DNA from: an uncultured virus (IMG/VR IMGVR_UViG_3300042406_002067)
Lineage: Duplodnaviria > Heunggongvirae > Uroviricota > Caudoviricetes
Length of the DNA stretch: 20,000 nt
Direction: 5' to 3' (one strand)
IMG/VR virus record: IMGVR_UViG_3300042406_002067
The position numbers and the translations under genes are program-made. Below are positions 16,701-20,000 of this stretch, piece by piece. Below the pieces are notes generated by a model that saw only the letters and a program-made list of their open reading frames with translations, made no database searches and was not told where the DNA came from. The stretch's first letter is position 1. Every line of letters begins with the position of its first letter.

Positions 16701-19700
16701 CCGATCCTATTGAGGACTTTTTTAACAATCCAATGGAATTAGTTGCTGCAGGCGAAGCAAAGCAAACCAACACGTTAAACTTACTTGTAAATGATAATTG
16801 GTATGCTCAAAATCCAGACAAAGTACTTGGCGAGCCATACAAAACAAGTGGGCGTTTTGGCGAAGTTACAAAATACCGTGGTAAAATTGATAGCGTTAAT
16901 CGTATTGATGCTCCATTAAATTTTATGCAAATTAATGCAGCCGAAAACCCAACAATATCAACTGAAAACGAAACGGTAAACCAACTTTTACAGGATCCAC
17001 AAGCACAGCAAAATATTGAAATTTCGTTGGAAGGAACACGCAAAGAAACAATTATTCGCGAAATTAAAAAACATACAAAAGCCGTTACACGAATTGTTGC
17101 AAGCAATCCTGTATTGGATGCCGATATGGTTACATTTGAGCAAGTATTTGCCCAAAATAATCCCGAAATATCAAAAGATGAATTACAAGTATTTGTTTGG
17201 TATAAGGAAGCAATTGGCGAGCGTCTTTCAAATAAATGGTACCAATTAAGCGGATGGCAAATGGGAGCAAGCCCATTAACAGATTGGATTAATAATGGAT
17301 TAGTTTTCCATTTCCGTGGATCATTAATTCCAGCATATTTATATTTGTCAGGTAACATTTGGGAGAAAAAATCGGCACTTGAAAACGATAAATCAACCAT
17401 AATTGAATTGTACGGAAATCAAGTTTTTGAAAACCAAAAGTTAGTATTGGATAATGTGTTTAAAATAAGCTACGATAAGCGATTAACACTTACCAATGCA
17501 AATTTCGACAATCGTTTAAAATTACTTCCAATTAGTAAATTTGCCAACACATTTACCATTGAAACATTGGTAGATGGTAAAGAATTTAAAATGAAATCGC
17601 AACCTGCAGGCGGAAAGCAACCAGGTAGGCCCGATTTTTTATATGTTGGGCACATGAGCGATTGGAAAAAAACAAAGTTCACTCAATTATCATTAACCGA
17701 AGCATTCCAATATTGGCTTGTAAATTACCGTGGCGAGTATCAAATTAAAAAAGATACAAACTATGCCGAAATTATTAAAATTTACGTGCAGCAAGGTCAG
17801 CGACCATCATTAGGTAAAGATGGTACGCCAGTCGACAAAAAGGAAGCAGAAGCAATTTGGCAACGTAAATTAAACATTACAAAAGAAGAAGGCGATCGAT
17901 TATTTTCTATTTTCTTAGCTGAATGGTTAAATGTAGAGGATATTGTAAAAATTGAAACAACCTGGAATGAGCGTTTTAACGGTTATTTGCCTGTTAATTA
18001 CAATAAAATTCCTGTAGCATTTGCACATGCAAAAGAATACCGCAATTCAGTAGTAGATATTCGCCCCGAAAAACGCGAAGCCGTAACATTTTTAATGAAT
18101 GAAGGTAGCGGATGCCTTGCCTACGATGTAGGAGTTGGTAAAACATGGAGCGCATTATTTGCTATAAAGCAATTTATGGATGCAGGCTATTGCAAGCGAC
18201 CATTTATTGTTGTTCCAAACCAAGTGTACAAGCAATTTTTGGCAGAAGGGAAAGGATTATTTCCAGATGTAAAATTTAATGATCTTTACAATTTAAGCAA
18301 AGATTATTTATCGGAATTAAAAGATGCAGATGGAAACATTGAAATGCTTCCCGAAAACTCTATTTCCGTATTAACATACGAAGGATTTGAGCAAATTGGA
18401 TTTAGCGAAAATACAGCAAATCAAATTGTTGCCGAAATGTATGATATTTTGGATCAAAATCCAGATAAGGCGGTTGATTATTCATCCAAATCAGGACAAA
18501 AACGCGAAGCATCGTTTTACGAACGATTACAAACACTTATTGGACGAGGATTAAGAGGTACTTTAATCAATATTGAGGACCTTGGATTCGATTTTGCTTG
18601 TTATGACGAAGCTCACAAAATGAAAAAGTTGTTTGTTGGCGTTAAAGGCGAAATGAAATCAAATGGCGAGGATCGCGAAAAAAATCCGTATCAAATACAA
18701 GCAGGTGGAGCACCATCCAGCATTGCATTAAAAGGATTTATGATTAGTCAGTACATTCTTAAAAATAACAATAACCGTAACGTACTTACATTAACAGCTA
18801 CGCCATTCACAAATAGTCCGTTAGAAATTTTCAGCGTGCTTACATTTATTGCTTATGGTAAACTACGCGAATCGGGATTAAACAACCTAAAATCGTTTTT
18901 TGATACCTATGTTCATGCAACAAACGAGTTGGTTATTAATGCAAAATTGCGTCCAGAAAGAAAACAAGTTGTTTTAGGATTCAACAATTTGCAATCGTTA
19001 CAACAGTTAATTAGCCGATTTGTAAACTACAAAACAGGCGAAATGGTTCGTGTACCACGCCCAAACAAATACGTGCTTCCATACAAGTCAAAATTAATTG
19101 ATGGTGAATTAATTCAATTGTCGGAATCGGAACGAGTAGATACAATATTACCACTTAGTGCCCAACAAAGAGCATTAATGGATGATATAAAGGCTTATGC
19201 CGAATCTAAAATTGAATTATCAGCTATTTGTGGAACAAGCCATTTATCCGATAAAAAAACAGCCGATGATTCGGATGATGAAGATATGGTTGATGCTACT
19301 GCAGGTGTTGAGTTAGATGAATCTACCTTAAATGATGATGAAAAAGCAGGCGTAAGAACATTGCGTGCAATGAGTTATGCTCGTAACTTAGCATTAAGCC
19401 CATACTTGTACGAATGTGCAGGATTAGGCAAACCAAGCTATATCGATTATATCGAAACATCACCAAAATTACAATATGTAATTGAGTGTATTCGTTCGGT
19501 AAAAAAATACCACGAAAAAAACAATACTCCTGTTTCCGGACAAGTAATTTACATGGACCGCGGAGTTGAATATTTTGGATTAATTAAGGAATACTTAATT
19601 AAAGAAGTAGGATATAAGGAGCATGAAGTTGGAATTATAAAATCACAAATGCCAGGAGGTAAAGATGCAAAGGAAAAAGTAAAAATGGCATTTTTGGGCG

Positions 19701-20000
19701 AAGCATACGATGCAAAATCGGGCGAATTGTACGATATTCCAGATTCCGAACGCATGAAAATTGTAATTGGTTCAAGTACAATTAAGGAAGGTATAAACTT
19801 ACAAAAGCATTCAACTGTTTTATACAACTGTTTTGTGGATTGGAATCCAACAGATGTAAAACAATTGGAAGGCCGTATTTGGAGGCAAGGAAACCTATAC
19901 AATAGCGTGCGTATAGCTACTCCATTAATGGAGGATAGTATGGATATTTTTATCTTCCAAAAATTATCCGAAAAAACAGCACGTATTGCCGAAATTTGGG
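13766..20000 (+). CDS. Giant DarB-like polyvalent protein (>=2078 aa, 3'-truncated): N-terminal ddrB-like ParB domain, variable middle, SNF2/SF2 helicase
   Basis: Read codon by codon from ATG 13766 with no stop to 20000. ParB-like ASHN..F...YP...NDRNY...GTPIITKDGIVVSGNNRTM (SGNNR at 14285-14299). YAQNPDKVLG at 16802, YLSGNIWEK at 17342, Walker A LAYDVGVGKT at 18116-18145, DEAH at 18605-18616, LTATPFTN, KEGINLQ, WNPTD and QLEGRIWRQGN at 19862-19894. Confidence 0.92.
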   Translation, partial: MEYPEIYEIMYVDKSSNELKSFDKTHDKEIALHTKQALINQGHKQVHIQHTFKEGGKITDSVNIGYRPLFLETPIVYGRKIEISMPNGEKRQAQFAIVNADNILASHNEHSFVTTIGYPTINGENINDRNYADDKNAQAKVIEVAQNLDPNILVSTSRTPSGTPIITKDGIVVSGNNRTMSIKRAITDFPKEYRDYCNFLVEEVFAFGIKKVDVSAGSKSYEYKYTFTGINSETKTFDHPILVRIDYDFPEYNTTELSKYNKETKKSERPIDKAIKIGKMLNENEGCKNMIAELVGEYETFSQFYASYSDQVKLRDMLISCNIITKNELAAYFDERGFTENGKDLIENLLAGMILSKDALIAGSMAGGRQFKTIVITSLPVLAKNASLAENSLIDLLNKAFLLEKKIHDSGLDFKDYIVQGNMFDEAPEKNVLIMNRLLAAGRNKFKSSIDAYNQSAIDNQNESLFGDKPSFQEMYDTYITSKIDTQDLALINKNANSTITMEPNTSQEFDQAIMDKIDPHDDWKGNLIKERHVLSQIYNELKGSEAEKEKEVVRLFLLYAAKFPGKISETNLEQLGLKQPEQKMDYDNMPLDDLIALKKKKYSNMDIESPKSDDEKALEKAIAAKLSIMNSAVMEKRNAEKQQKQSELLSNIEGSELYKKLKKDFMFILSLQKSKNEKGTTEGWDINLFKSSFLNKIKKEAYSSNNAVIQKVLLDLKRIQAEQLTKPAFTNNHQIWQYLEEQPTIVETKEATKQTMPETTPTAPILPMEFSYTGPATMYLASEFMGNINKIDVTDIKIKAKKYAQYEKALSVTFIPKGKRSPGGTTLTYSPYILVLKGYNTPVPQSSMKPIAPGVEQSIYTSFDDRWQADFDKVVDDYIAEHPDSVLFDARAKKYGKNTSDSFEFADKAAELPKAAEPEVEKWVPIEKFKVWIKEANPKAWYSSMVGKQVEVYKGISTPEQYYQYGDGKFILISDTTTDPIEDFFNNPMELVAAGEAKQTNTLNLLVNDNWYAQNPDKVLGEPYKTSGRFGEVTKYRGKIDSVNRIDAPLNFMQINAAENPTISTENETVNQLLQDPQAQQNIEISLEGTRKETIIREIKKHTKAVTRIVASNPVLDADMVTFEQVFAQNNPEISKDELQVFVWYKEAIGERLSNKWYQLSGWQMGASPLTDWINNGLVFHFRGSLIPAYLYLSGNIWEKKSALENDKSTIIELYGNQVFENQKLVLDNVFKISYDKRLTLTNANFDNRLKLLPISKFANTFTIETLVDGKEFKMKSQPAGGKQPGRPDFLYVGHMSDWKKTKFTQLSLTEAFQYWLVNYRGEYQIKKDTNYAEIIKIYVQQGQRPSLGKDGTPVDKKEAEAIWQRKLNITKEEGDRLFSIFLAEWLNVEDIVKIETTWNERFNGYLPVNYNKIPVAFAHAKEYRNSVVDIRPEKREAVTFLMNEGSGCLAYDVGVGKTWSALFAIKQFMDAGYCKRPFIVVPNQVYKQFLAEGKGLFPDVKFNDLYNLSKDYLSELKDADGNIEMLPENSISVLTYEGFEQIGFSENTANQIVAEMYDILDQNPDKAVDYSSKSGQKREASFYERLQTLIGRGLRGTLINIEDLGFDFACYDEAHKMKKLFVGVKGEMKSNGEDREKNPYQIQAGGAPSSIALKGFMISQYILKNNNNRNVLTLTATPFTNSPLEIFSVLTFIAYGKLRESGLNNLKSFFDTYVHATNELVINAKLRPERKQVVLGFNNLQSLQQLISRFVNYKTGEMVRVPRPNKYVLPYKSKLIDGELIQLSESERVDTILPLSAQQRALMDDIKAYAESKIELSAICGTSHLSDKKTADDSDDEDMVDATAGVELDESTLNDDEKAGVRTLRAMSYARNLALSPYLYECAGLGKPSYIDYIETSPKLQYVIECIRSVKKYHEKNNTPVSGQVIYMDRGVEYFGLIKEYLIKEVGYKEHEVGIIKSQMPGGKDAKEKVKMAFLGEAYDAKSGELYDIPDSERMKIVIGSSTIKEGINLQKHSTVLYNCFVDWNPTDVKQLEGRIWRQGNLYNSVRIATPLMEDSMDIFIFQKLSEKTARIAEIW

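Larger units (their letters stand above)
1..20000 (+). mobile_element. Segment of a large bacteriophage/prophage, probably of a Bacteroidota host
   Basis: Co-oriented, tightly packed genes. Phage-type families: Dam-like MTase, DUF4406-like, DUF2786-like, HD domain, DarB-like MTase and helicase, ddrB-ParB. Bacteroidota-type promoters and SD-less A-rich starts. No structural or integrase genes or boundaries in the window, so phage versus other large MGE is inferred. Confidence 0.8.

Noticed and set aside
626..19902. All minus-strand ORFs in the track (e.g. 626-1000, 15523-15960, 16807-17400, 19549-19902)
   Set aside because: Each lies antisense to a well-supported + strand gene and shows no recognisable motif; these are shadow ORFs.
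11185..20000. Host restriction-modification, BREX or DISARM defence locus
   Set aside because: No HsdS, nuclease, PglZ or DrmA/B-type partners are visible; the domain mix and context fit phage DarB-like proteins better.

Overview
AT-rich window with every credible gene on the + strand. It reads as part of a large phage or prophage of a Bacteroidota host: four TTTG-N20-TAnnTTTG-type promoters, A-rich starts without Shine-Dalgarno sequences, a lipoprotein with a CKKEE export-signal-like motif and many phage-type hypothetical genes. No capsid, terminase, integrase, RNA gene or CRISPR array is visible. The left half (1-7289) is a dispersed glycan-building set: DegT-family aminotransferase, FdtA/QdtA-like cupin, GT2, GT11 fucosyltransferase-like and a GT-B/GT4-like transferase. 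It also holds a phage Dam-type N6-adenine methyltransferase split by a frameshift exactly in a G12 tract (candidate phase-variable switch) and a RelA/SpoT-type HD hydrolase. The middle (7400-11167) has small phage genes and a stand-alone histone-H1-like gene. The right half (11185-20000) is a DarB-like module that appears split over two genes. One is a 784-aa polyvalent protein whose modules are delimited by [LM]xxGG motifs and short DNA direct repeats and which ends in an N6-adenine MTase. The other is a >=2078-codon ORF absent from the ORF track (starts 13766, runs off the window) carrying ddrB-like ParB, a HsdR-C-terminus-like segment and a complete SNF2/SF2 helicase core. Family assignments come from motif recognition by eye; no database search was run.
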